Source: a virus (lineage: Duplodnaviria; Caudoviricetes). From it: 57,509 nt of DNA. The DNA lies in the IMG/VR virus record IMGVR_UViG_3300028840_002812, positions 1 through 57,509 of that record; one strand, given 5' to 3'. The notes under the pieces are model-generated. The model had not been told where the DNA came from, did not search any database, and saw only the letters and a program-made list of their open reading frames with translations. Shown one piece after another: positions 50,616 to 57,509 of the stretch. The number at the start of each line of letters is the position of its first letter. Position 1 is the first letter of the stretch. A program made the position numbers and the translations under genes.

Positions 50616-52553
50616 TTATGTTCTTACTAGATTTCCGTTTACGTAACTTGAAGATATGATATAATTTGATGCTGAAGGGTCAAGACCAGATGATATTTCA
50701 TCTATAATCATTTCAAAATTACTCTTACTAATATCTAGTTGCAAATATAAATCCTGCAATCCAATTACATCATTTGACTTCGGGGTTGTAGAAATTTCAA
50801 GAATTGCTTGTCCATCCTTTACTTTTTCTGTAGAAAGTATATTAAGTGGATTTAAAGTGATAATACCTTTTTTATAATTAATATTTCCGAGATTACGCCT
50901 AACGATTGTGGGTGTTGTAGAATTAATTGACGGCACAGTAAATAAAAATAAAGATCCAGTTTCTCGGTCTGTGCTTGGAACATCGCTAAGATAAACCTCT
51001 TGCGAAATATCAGAAACTCTGAATGATGAAGTTTTTATATTATATCCGTCCATACTCTTAACGTGAAATTCATTTCCAAATCCAATTTGATATTCCACAA
51101 ACGTATTCAATACAACCCTCAAATCTCTCCTTATTTGGATAGTTGTAATATTTGATGTTATTGCTTCATGGCTATCATCAATAATTTTAAGAAATTTACT
51201 ATACTTAAATCTAGCACCATATCTATTTAATTCAGTTGATTCTGCGTATCTATTCACATTATTCTGGATAATACTCGAAATAAACTCTGCACTTGGAGCT
51301 AAATTTGTAGTGTAATAAACTTTTGAATTTACTTCAACGTAAAGATATTTTAAATCTAAAATTTCTGGAACAATTCCTGCCACGGCATATTTTTTGAGTT
51401 TTGATTTTATATTTTCTTTAGTTAAATTTGGAAGAAAGTCACCAAATCTAGGTTTAATACTTATGAATACTTTACCATACTGCGGTGGAATTAATTCTTC
51501 TCCACCAAATACCGAAATTGATTCAGTTTCTGGATAAATTTTTGCAGGTATTAAAGTTTCATAATCATTGGCAGTTAGTGCTCTATTTTGCGATGCATAA
51601 ATTCTTGGTGCATATTTTTTTATAGATTCGACCGGTTCAATATTCTCCCCACCTGAAGCGATTAATCCGGTTGTAAGAAGGGAGATTCCGGAAGTAACGG
51701 TATATTCAATAGAATTTCTATTGAATGTAAGTCTTCCGGCAAAATTAAATTGACTTACTCCATTAGCACTATCGCCATTTGAAGTAATGTAATTGACGTT
51801 TATAAAATTACCTTCTTCAAGTTTTTTTCCAAAAAATCCATCACCAAAAATAAGTTCATATCTTTCATCTTCAATTTCTTGTAGGAAGAAAACTTTTGAT
51901 TCTTTATCAATATCAAAAAGACTATCTTGGAGACTATATTTTATAGAAATTGTCGATTCCTCATTATTTCTTACAATAACAGAAATTAGGTCAGTATCAA
52001 TACCACTATTTGGTAAAATAAATCGTTGATTTGGATTATTGGAACTAAAAGTAAAACTATTTGTAAGTAAAGATCCTTCATAAATTTTAAGATCTTCGAA
52101 TACTGCAATATTATTAAATACCGGAACAGTAACATCATCTAAAATAGAGAAGATGAATGACTGATTGCCAAAACTTCCTGAAGTGCTTGCTACAGGACCT
52201 TTACGAAGTGTTATTGTAGATGGAGATATATTATTTAATGCTGCTGAAGAAGTATCTACAAAGAAACTAACAGTTGCCGTTGCTGATTTTTTAGATCTTG
52301 GGATGTATCCAATATTTCTTGATAGTGCAACAACATTCTCTCTTAAAGTTGCACTATCAAGAAATACTTCATTTGCAACCATATTGGCATTATATGATGT
52401 GATATACGTGTTATATGCCAGAACATCAAGAATTGTTGAGAGATTAGAACCCTCAAAATCATAATCAGTGAAATTTGAATTTGCCCTTAAGTAATCCTTA
52501 AGAGTTGTTTTAATCTGATTGAAATCTAGATTAGAAAAATTGACTAATGGCAT
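50616..52553 (-). CDS. gp6: Baseplate wedge subunit
   Basis: Likely start ATG 52553; FTDYDFEGS, LAYNT, SATLRENVV and QNRALTANDY motifs. Confidence 0.95.
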   Translation of the reverse strand: MPLVNFSNLDFNQIKTTLKDYLRANSNFTDYDFEGSNLSTILDVLAYNTYITSYNANMVANEVFLDSATLRENVVALSRNIGYIPRSKKSATATVSFFVDTSSAALNNISPSTITLRKGPVASTSGSFGNQSFIFSILDDVTVPVFNNIAVFEDLKIYEGSLLTNSFTFSSNNPNQRFILPNSGIDTDLISVIVRNNEESTISIKYSLQDSLFDIDKESKVFFLQEIEDERYELIFGDGFFGKKLEEGNFINVNYITSNGDSANGVSQFNFAGRLTFNRNSIEYTVTSGISLLTTGLIASGGENIEPVESIKKYAPRIYASQNRALTANDYETLIPAKIYPETESISVFGGEELIPPQYGKVFISIKPRFGDFLPNLTKENIKSKLKKYAVAGIVPEILDLKYLYVEVNSKVYYTTNLAPSAEFISSIIQNNVNRYAESTELNRYGARFKYSKFLKIIDDSHEAITSNITTIQIRRDLRVVLNTFVEYQIGFGNEFHVKSMDGYNIKTSSFRVSDISQEVYLSDVPSTDRETGSLFLFTVPSINSTTPTIVRRNLGNINYKKGIITLNPLNILSTEKVKDGQAILEISTTPKSNDVIGLQDLYLQLDISKSNFEMIIDEISSGLDPSASNYIISSSYVNGNLVRT

Positions 52554-52554
52554 T

Positions 52555-52956
52555 TTACCTAGTTGGTTGCAAAACAAATTCTAATTGCTGAGCAGGTACA
52601 TCTGCTCCGATAATCTCATATATGATAGTAACGTCAAAACTGCCATTATCATAGTCTGGAAATGATTGTACACTAATTAATTGAACTCTAGGTTCGTAAT
52701 TTATAATTGATTGCCTAATTTCATCTACAACGATAGAGGCAGATATATCATCAACATTTTCAAAAAGAGTTCTTGATATATTTGATCCGAAGTTTTCATT
52801 AAAAAATTTTTCACCAGGAAGAGTAAATACAATATTTCGAATAGAACGAGAAATTGCATTTTCATTTTTAAGTACAATTAAGTCACTTGTCAGAGGATTG
52901 CTCTGAAAAGTCATACTAATATCTTTAAATCCTTGACTTACTCTTTCAAGAGGCAT
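52555..52956 (-). CDS. gp25: Baseplate wedge subunit
   Basis: AISRSIRNIVFTLPGEKFFNENFGS and YEPRV motifs. Confidence 0.94.
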   Translation of the reverse strand: MPLERVSQGFKDISMTFQSNPLTSDLIVLKNENAISRSIRNIVFTLPGEKFFNENFGSNISRTLFENVDDISASIVVDEIRQSIINYEPRVQLISVQSFPDYDNGSFDVTIIYEIIGADVPAQQLEFVLQPTR

Positions 52957-52982
52957 GAAGTATTATAATTCTATCTTATTTA

Positions 52983-53228
52983 TTAAAGATTTTTTGATTC
53001 GTAAAGAGGTTCTGTACCATACTCCCAGTCATCATAATCTTCATCATTGCGAATTTTCTCATGAATTTCATTTTGAATAGCAAAATCATGTTTTTTAGGT
53101 ACTAAAATATCATTATTAATTTCTCGAAGCATCTTTTTTTCACCTAAAGAACCATAATCAGTAATTAATGTCTCAGTTCCCCACATTTGTCTCATAAATT
53201 CAGTATTTCTATCGGAAGGTTGTCCCAT
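52983..53228 (-). CDS. Hypothetical protein
   Basis: ATG with an AGGAG ribosome-binding site; co-oriented. Confidence 0.7.
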   Translation of the reverse strand: MGQPSDRNTEFMRQMWGTETLITDYGSLGEKKMLREINNDILVPKKHDFAIQNEIHEKIRNDEDYDDWEYGTEPLYESKNL

Positions 53229-53278
53229 TTTTAACTCCTGATGTGTAAGATCAGAACTTTTTAAGGGGTTTCTATCCC

Positions 53279-53875
53279 TTAACCAATTAAAAATCCTTTT
53301 CTATGGTAGTCTTCGTCTTTTATATACTGGTATTTACTATCTATAATAATATTTTCTTCCCAAACCGGAATAGCAATAGTATTTCCGTAACGAAAATCAG
53401 AATTTCTTCGAAAATGTACTTCTATAAGATTATCTCCAATAAACTCACAATTAATCCAATCATAATTGCCTACTAATTTTTCTAAGATACTTGGAAATTT
53501 TACTTTTTTTTCTATTTTTTCCCACCTAGACCATTTATATAGAGGTGAATTCGATTCCCTTATACCTTTAACAACTAAAGAACTTTGCTTCTTATAATAA
53601 TCTACACTTAGATGTTCTCCTACAAACACTTCACACCAAAATTCAGAAGGGTGTAAATTCTCTGTATTGTTTTCCAAGTATTCAATGCGAGAAAAACGAC
53701 CCATACCCAAGACATTCATAGATGGCCTTACAATATAAAAATCAGGTCTTGGAACTGAGACACCCGCAGGACCACAGTTATACTCCAAAACCCGACTTAA
53801 AAATAATTTATTATAAACCCAGAGGTCTTCATTGTGAATAAAATTCCACTCTTCAGAAGACTCTGAGAAATACAT
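53279..53875 (-). CDS. Compact ATP-grasp-like protein
   Basis: YIVRP..N..GMG, FWCEVFVGEHLSVD and INCEF...LIEVHFR resemble ATP-grasp motifs. Confidence 0.55.
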   Translation of the reverse strand: MYFSESSEEWNFIHNEDLWVYNKLFLSRVLEYNCGPAGVSVPRPDFYIVRPSMNVLGMGRFSRIEYLENNTENLHPSEFWCEVFVGEHLSVDYYKKQSSLVVKGIRESNSPLYKWSRWEKIEKKVKFPSILEKLVGNYDWINCEFIGDNLIEVHFRRNSDFRYGNTIAIPVWEENIIIDSKYQYIKDEDYHRKGFLIG

Positions 53876-54021
53876 CAACCTTTCCCTTGTCCTCTATACT
53901 TTTTTTTACTTCCATTACGAGATGTTGCTGAAAGAAGTGTTCGAGCACTTTTTCCTTGACGAGTTTTCTTCGGTGCCCCCTGTTCAAACACCGTTTTATT
54001 CATACCACCTTTAGATGCCAT
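53875..54021 (-). CDS. Small basic protein (48 aa)
   Basis: Below the ORF-track cutoff: MASKGGMNKTVFEQGAPKKTRQGKSARTLLSATSRNGSKKKYRGQGKG; GGAGG RBS; TGATG coupling to the next gene. Confidence 0.75.
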   Translation of the reverse strand: MASKGGMNKTVFEQGAPKKTRQGKSARTLLSATSRNGSKKKYRGQGKG

Positions 54022-54047
54022 TTAAATTTCCTCCAAATAAAATTACA

Positions 54048-54815
54048 TCAAATAATACGAGTCTTTTCGTGCCCTACCCGAATACGAGGATCGCACCAGA
54101 TTTTATGACCTTTTTCAATTGCGTCAAGACAAAATGACACATCTTCTCCGCACATATCCTGAACCGCACCTGATTCGAATACTTGCATCTTTGGTGCAAA
54201 CCAAGGATATTCGAGATTCTCAAAGACACCTTTTTTAATCAGTACCCAACCAAAACCAGTGTAATCTACTGTGAATGGTTTTTTACGTTTTGAGATGCTC
54301 TCCACAGTTTCGTGATTCATTACACCACCATTCTTACGAAAATCATCTTCTTCCAACCAGTGTGCAACCGAGGTTGTGTGTCCATCTTCTGTTGCGTACC
54401 AACCTCCGACAATTTCACGCTCCTCCCCTTCTGCAGGCAATGCCATATCACAGAGTTGCCAGAACTTATTGGAATCAAAAACAATATCACTATCAATCCA
54501 AAGTTGATAATCATATTGTAATTTACCGTCCCAGGGAATTTGTTTAGGTCCACGAAGAACATTTGCACCAAGAACTTTACAACGTGCAAAGTTTACCATT
54601 GATGAGTAATCTTGAGAAATCTGAATACTCATTCCATTTTGTACTAAATCAAAGCAAAGTTGTACAAATGCTTTGAGGAAAATAAAAGAGCAACCTCGGC
54701 CAGGAAGACAAAAAACAATTGACTTTCCTTTCATTCTTTCTTTAATTGCTGCAATATCCCATTCTTCAGTTTTGGGAATGGGTGCTGCTGCTTTTACTGT
54801 GAAACCCTTTGCCAT
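54048..54815 (-). CDS. GT-A fold glycosyltransferase-like protein
   Basis: LWIDSDIVF (DxD), TGFGWVLIK, GEDVSFC and VGHEK motifs. Confidence 0.8.
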   Translation of the reverse strand: MAKGFTVKAAAPIPKTEEWDIAAIKERMKGKSIVFCLPGRGCSFIFLKAFVQLCFDLVQNGMSIQISQDYSSMVNFARCKVLGANVLRGPKQIPWDGKLQYDYQLWIDSDIVFDSNKFWQLCDMALPAEGEEREIVGGWYATEDGHTTSVAHWLEEDDFRKNGGVMNHETVESISKRKKPFTVDYTGFGWVLIKKGVFENLEYPWFAPKMQVFESGAVQDMCGEDVSFCLDAIEKGHKIWCDPRIRVGHEKTRII

Positions 54816-54840
54816 AAAATTTAATCAACCATCACTTTCA

Positions 54841-54869
54841 ATTTTAACAGTTTATTTATTGTTTGTCAA
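54841..54869 (-). promoter_or_regulatory. sigma70 promoter with embedded late box
   Basis: TTGACA-17-TAAAAT with TGn; ATAAATA lies within the spacer. Confidence 0.7.
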
Positions 54870-55014
54870 CTTATGATACTTTTGAAGTAAATCAATCATT
54901 CTGTGTATCATTTCCCATATTTTCAGAAAATTTTTCCTCTGATAAATTGGGATATGTGCACTTATTTTTTCTTTTGTAATGCTCAAAAATTTTGGGAAAT
55001 TTTTTAAATGACTT

Positions 55015-55158
55015 TTATTTCGTTAACGCATTATATATTAACACTATGATTATTCCGAGGGGGATTCCGAGAATTCTAAACATCTTCCCAGGATATCGTA
55101 TCGTCCATCCTGCGAGAATAACTCTCCAGAAATTCCAGTAAGGTTGTGTGCGTCTCAT
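55015..55158 (-). CDS. Small membrane protein (47 aa)
   Basis: MRRTQPYWNFWRVILAGWTIRYPGKMFRILGIPLGIIIVLIYNALTK; ATGA overlap with the upstream ORF. Confidence 0.6.
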   Translation of the reverse strand: MRRTQPYWNFWRVILAGWTIRYPGKMFRILGIPLGIIIVLIYNALTK

Positions 55159-55238
55159 TTTTTCTTTCCACCACCTTTCTTAATAGTTCTTTTATCGGGT
55201 CGCGAATACCCCCCTTTATGAATCCATTTGACTCCCAT
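55155..55238 (-). CDS. Very small basic peptide (27 aa)
   Basis: Begins MGVKWIHKGGYSRPDKRTIKKGGGK; GGAG RBS; stop overlaps the next start. Confidence 0.45.
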   Translation of the reverse strand: MGVKWIHKGGYSRPDKRTIKKGGGKKK

Positions 55239-55392
55239 TTTTTACTCCGAAAATTTTTAAAAGTAGAGTGATATAGACATCGAAAAAGACATACAGTGTA
55301 GGTTAGGGTAGTGGTGCGTTTTTATATACGGTACGCCCGCCCAACGCCATAAGAAACCGCCAGAAAACACTGTCGGATCACTGCTCTTCAAC

Positions 55393-55431
55393 ATCATAAC
55401 ATAAGTGCCCTCCAGCGTCAACCAGAGGGCA
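55393..55431 (-). promoter_or_regulatory. Promoter/stem-loop element
   Basis: TTGACG(55416-55421)-17-TATGAT(55393-55398); the -35 box is the loop of a GTGCCCTC/GAGGGCAC hairpin. Confidence 0.65.
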
Positions 55432-55446
55432 CACACAAAGTATCAA

Positions 55447-55581
55447 TCAGACCTCAAAGACCTCCGCACAATCGTTAATGCCTTCTTGCTCAAGATCAGC
55501 AACCAGAGTATCCAGAATTTCAAGAATCTGTGCACCAGTGTTACCTTGTGCAAGCAGAGAAAGAGCAACCGAACGAGTCAT
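55447..55581 (-). CDS. Small early-region protein (44 aa)
   Basis: Likely start ATG 55581: MTRSVALSLLAQGNTGAQILEILDTL. Confidence 0.6.
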   Translation of the reverse strand: MTRSVALSLLAQGNTGAQILEILDTLVADLEQEGINDCAEVFEV

Positions 55582-55668
55582 AATAAAAAAGAAAAGTGTA
55601 ATGAACTGTAAGATGCGAGAAGTATATTTAATGACCCCTTCCCTCAATGGGTCAGTGATACTTAAGAT

Positions 55669-55849
55669 CTAGAAGTCAAAGACATCAGAGTTAAGTTGGA
55701 TCACCGAAGGTTTCATAATCACCACATTCTTGAGCAAGGAGATACAAACCCTCATCATTGTTGATCCACAGTGCTACATTCCAGGTCTGATAGTTCTCCC
55801 AACCGTTATAGGAGATATCGAGAGCATTGGACTGGTAGGTAGAAGTCAT
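55669..55849 (-). pseudogene. YNGWxNYxTWNVALW-type early protein, apparently truncated or frameshifted
   Basis: 52-aa ORF at 55691-55849; a plausible tail VIQLNSDVFDF* continues in another frame to 55669. Confidence 0.45.
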
Positions 55850-55857
55850 TTTAGGAA

Positions 55858-55943
55858 AGTTGGTTTAATAAGTGTTAGTCAGTGAGAAGGAGTTTCAGTC
55901 AGTTGGTTTAATAAGTGTTAGTCAGTGAGAAGGAGTTTCAGTC
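55858..55943. repeat. Perfect 43-bp tandem duplication
   Basis: AGTTGGTTTAATAAGTGTTAGTCAGTGAGAAGGAGTTTCAGTC at 55858-55900 and 55901-55943. Confidence 0.97.
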
Positions 55944-56123
55944 AACTTGTCCTTCAAATCCCCAGTTTTGAACAAGGAAAGTAGGATTGAGTTCTGCACA
56001 CTTGTTCCAAGCATCTTGTGCAGTAGGTGCCATATAGGCAAGACGAGTAGAGTAGTTTTTGTCAGTGAAGATACCCCGGAAGGAATAGGATTGTTCGATC
56101 ATCTTGGTTTGATTGGTGTTCAT
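55938..56123 (-). CDS. Small early-region protein
   Basis: First ATG lies inside the dispersed repeat; a second Met at codon 8 may be the true start. Confidence 0.65.
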   Translation of the reverse strand: MNTNQTKMIEQSYSFRGIFTDKNYSTRLAYMAPTAQDAWNKCAELNPTFLVQNWGFEGQVD

Positions 56124-56148
56124 ACTACTGATGCACTTTCAGGGGCCC
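56120..56148 (-). promoter_or_regulatory. Dispersed 29-bp repeat, copy 1 (candidate early promoter)
   Basis: GGGCCCCTGAAAGTGCATCAGTAGTATGA; 28/29 identical to 56651-56679. Confidence 0.7.
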
Positions 56149-56252
56149 AGTGATGATTGATCAGTGCGCTGTGAGATACTCTGCTGCCTCTGTGGCTGCC
56201 TTGCGATTTGTATAGAGTGTAAGGACACCAGAGACATAATAATTCCTTGTGA

Positions 56253-56420
56253 TCACCTACAGAGAATGTCGTTCATTCGTTGGCGAAACCTATCAGCATC
56301 TACCACACAATCATGAGACAGCTGTATATCTTCGATGTCATACTGTTTCAACTCCAGAGTGTTAATTATGTCACCCATAATTTCAGTTAATGCGAAAAGT
56401 TTGTCTTCTTCAGTCATCAT
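56253..56420 (-). CDS. Small acidic early-region protein (55 aa)
   Basis: Below the ORF-track cutoff: MMTEEDKLFALTEIMGDIINTLELKQYD. Confidence 0.6.
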   Translation of the reverse strand: MMTEEDKLFALTEIMGDIINTLELKQYDIEDIQLSHDCVVDADRFRQRMNDILCR

Positions 56421-56456
56421 AGTTTTGAGAAAGTTGGTCTTTACAGTATAGTAGTC

Positions 56457-56654
56457 TTAAGCGAAGACTTCTGCGAGTTTGTTAAACTTACCAAGTCGCA
56501 CTTCATAAACATTTACACGTGACCCAGAAAGTTCTACACTCCAATCAAATGCACTATCGTAAGCTGCATCGAGATCAGAGAACCATTCTGCATCATCTTT
56601 GCAGAAATCTTCGTTAGTTGGGAGAATAGCGAACATTTGGAATTCAGTGGTCAT
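56457..56654 (-). CDS. Small acidic early-region protein
   Basis: First ATG lies inside the dispersed repeat; second Met at codon 7; AYDSAFDWSVE. Confidence 0.7.
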   Translation of the reverse strand: MTTEFQMFAILPTNEDFCKDDAEWFSDLDAAYDSAFDWSVELSGSRVNVYEVRLGKFNKLAEVFA

Positions 56655-56679
56655 ACTACTGATGCACTTTGAGGGGCCC
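56651..56679 (-). promoter_or_regulatory. Dispersed 29-bp repeat, copy 2 (candidate early promoter)
   Basis: GGGCCCCTCAAAGTGCATCAGTAGTATGA. Confidence 0.7.
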
Positions 56680-56882
56680 CAGTTAGTATTACCTATGAGT
56701 TCTTGTATTATATTCAGACACTAAAAAATTTCCGAAAAGTCTTATACTTTTTCAGTCTAAAGTTATTGGGGTTCGTCTGTATTCTATTGTGTCACTTTGT
56801 TTGGTTTCAAGGTGGGTTAACACCTTACGATTTTATTGCGCCGGAGACCGCGTTCTAACTCCCTCTTTTTATCACAAATTGT

Positions 56883-57036
56883 ACTCATAAGATAGTAACA
56901 TTTACTGACGGAATGTAGCAGGGAATTCTATAGATCCAAAGCGAGAGACTTACCTCACCGGGTGAACAGACTGTTGTGCTCTCTAGGTATAGAATTGTGC
57001 TGAAGTTTCTGTCCTTAAGTGTTGTATCTTATGAGT
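56883..57036 (+). ncRNA. Candidate structured RNA (154-nt rod-like hairpin)
   Basis: Nested colinear inverted repeats in an ORF-poor interval; three G-U pairs favour the plus strand. Confidence 0.5.
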
Positions 57037-57047
57037 TATTTATACAC

Positions 57048-57209
57048 TCACCAGTCGCTAAAATCCTCCACGTATGCATCAACACTCTCAGCTGGTTCCA
57101 ACTTGAATACCCTCTCCCAATCAATGTTGTGAGCATTGAAATCATCGAAAACATTAAAGTCCAATGTAACACGTATACGCTTCTTTGATGCAATCTGATA
57201 GGAAACCAT
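57048..57209 (-). CDS. Small hypothetical protein (53 aa)
   Basis: MVSYQIASKKRIRVTLDFNVFDDFNAHNIDWERVFKLEPAESVDAYVEDFSDW; downstream of a perfect sigma70 promoter. Confidence 0.7.
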   Translation of the reverse strand: MVSYQIASKKRIRVTLDFNVFDDFNAHNIDWERVFKLEPAESVDAYVEDFSDW

Positions 57210-57240
57210 AAGAACCCTCTCTGTCTTGTGTTATAGGGAC

Positions 57241-57269
57241 ATTATAGGACTTCTGGGAGCAGTTGTCAA
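57241..57269 (-). promoter_or_regulatory. Consensus sigma70 promoter
   Basis: TTGACA(57264-57269)-17-TATAAT(57241-57246). Confidence 0.85.
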
Positions 57270-57343
57270 TGTCTTGGAGAGTATTTATTCGGGGTTCTTA
57301 TGGGTTTTTGAGGTATGTGGGGGTTTTGTGATACTTTGGGGTC

Positions 57344-57372
57344 TTGACATTCTTTGAAATCTCGTGTAAGCT
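57344..57372 (+). promoter_or_regulatory. sigma70-like promoter facing the tandem array
   Basis: TTGACA(57344-57349)-17-TAAGCT(57367-57372). Confidence 0.55.
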
Positions 57373-57386
57373 GGGCGTTAAAGATA

Positions 57387-57509
57387 ACAAGGATCTGAAG
57401 GATTAAAAGACCTTAAGTTACAAGGATCTGAAGGATTAAAAGACCTTAAGTTACAAGGATCTGAAGGATTAAAAGACCTTAAGTTACAAGGATCTGAAGG
57501 ATTAAAAGA
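57387..57509. repeat. Perfect 33-bp tandem repeat, at least 3.7 copies, truncated by the window end
   Basis: ACAAGGATCTGAAGGATTAAAAGACCTTAAGTT starting at 57387, 57420, 57453 and 57486 (partial). Confidence 0.97.

Noticed and set aside
53261-53282. Terminator hairpin TTAAGGGGT/ATCCCTTAA
   Set aside because: No U-tract on the coding strand, and the stem has a mismatch there
54872-54985. Possible frameshifted remnant (KCTYPNLSEEKFSE, then IWEMIHRMIDLL in another frame)
   Set aside because: No clear start codon and no homology check possible; too weak to call
55300-55311. Telomere-like TTAGGG hexamer
   Set aside because: Single copy, expected by chance
57387-57509. CRISPR array
   Set aside because: The 33-bp units abut with no unique spacers, and no cas genes are present
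1-57509. tRNA or rRNA genes, photosynthesis genes, diversity-generating retroelement
   Set aside because: No cloverleaf, psbA/hli, reverse transcriptase or template/variable repeat pair recognised by eye; tRNAscan-SE and a self dot-plot would confirm

Overview
Fragment of a T4-like myovirus genome with cyanomyovirus-type synteny; AT-rich, probably a freshwater cyanophage (host inferred, not proven). Essentially all genes lie on the minus strand. In transcription order (right to left): a variable early region of tiny ORFs, repeated promoter elements, a long RNA-like hairpin and a 33-bp tandem array (about 55.0-57.5 kb); a glycosyltransferase-like and an ATP-grasp-like gene; baseplate genes (gp25, gp6, 4002-aa gp7-like, gp8, 2576-aa VrlC-like); neck and tail-stabilizer genes (gp13-15); terminase (gp16, gp17); tail, portal and head genes (gp18-23, gp3); uvsY, uvsW, gp55, gp47, gp46; and a VWA-metallopeptidase plus cobS-like AAA+ pair. 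The standout is the large terminase. It is fractured into two ORFs by a free-standing GIY-YIG endonuclease and carries an atypically split intein (29-aa IntN, 103-aa IntC). Its N-half also holds a contiguous Ala1 class-3 intein with a LAGLIDADG domain in the Walker A motif. The roughly 552-aa enzyme should therefore need both cis- and trans-splicing. No tRNA, rRNA or CRISPR array was recognised. All calls come from motif recognition and synteny, not from database searches.
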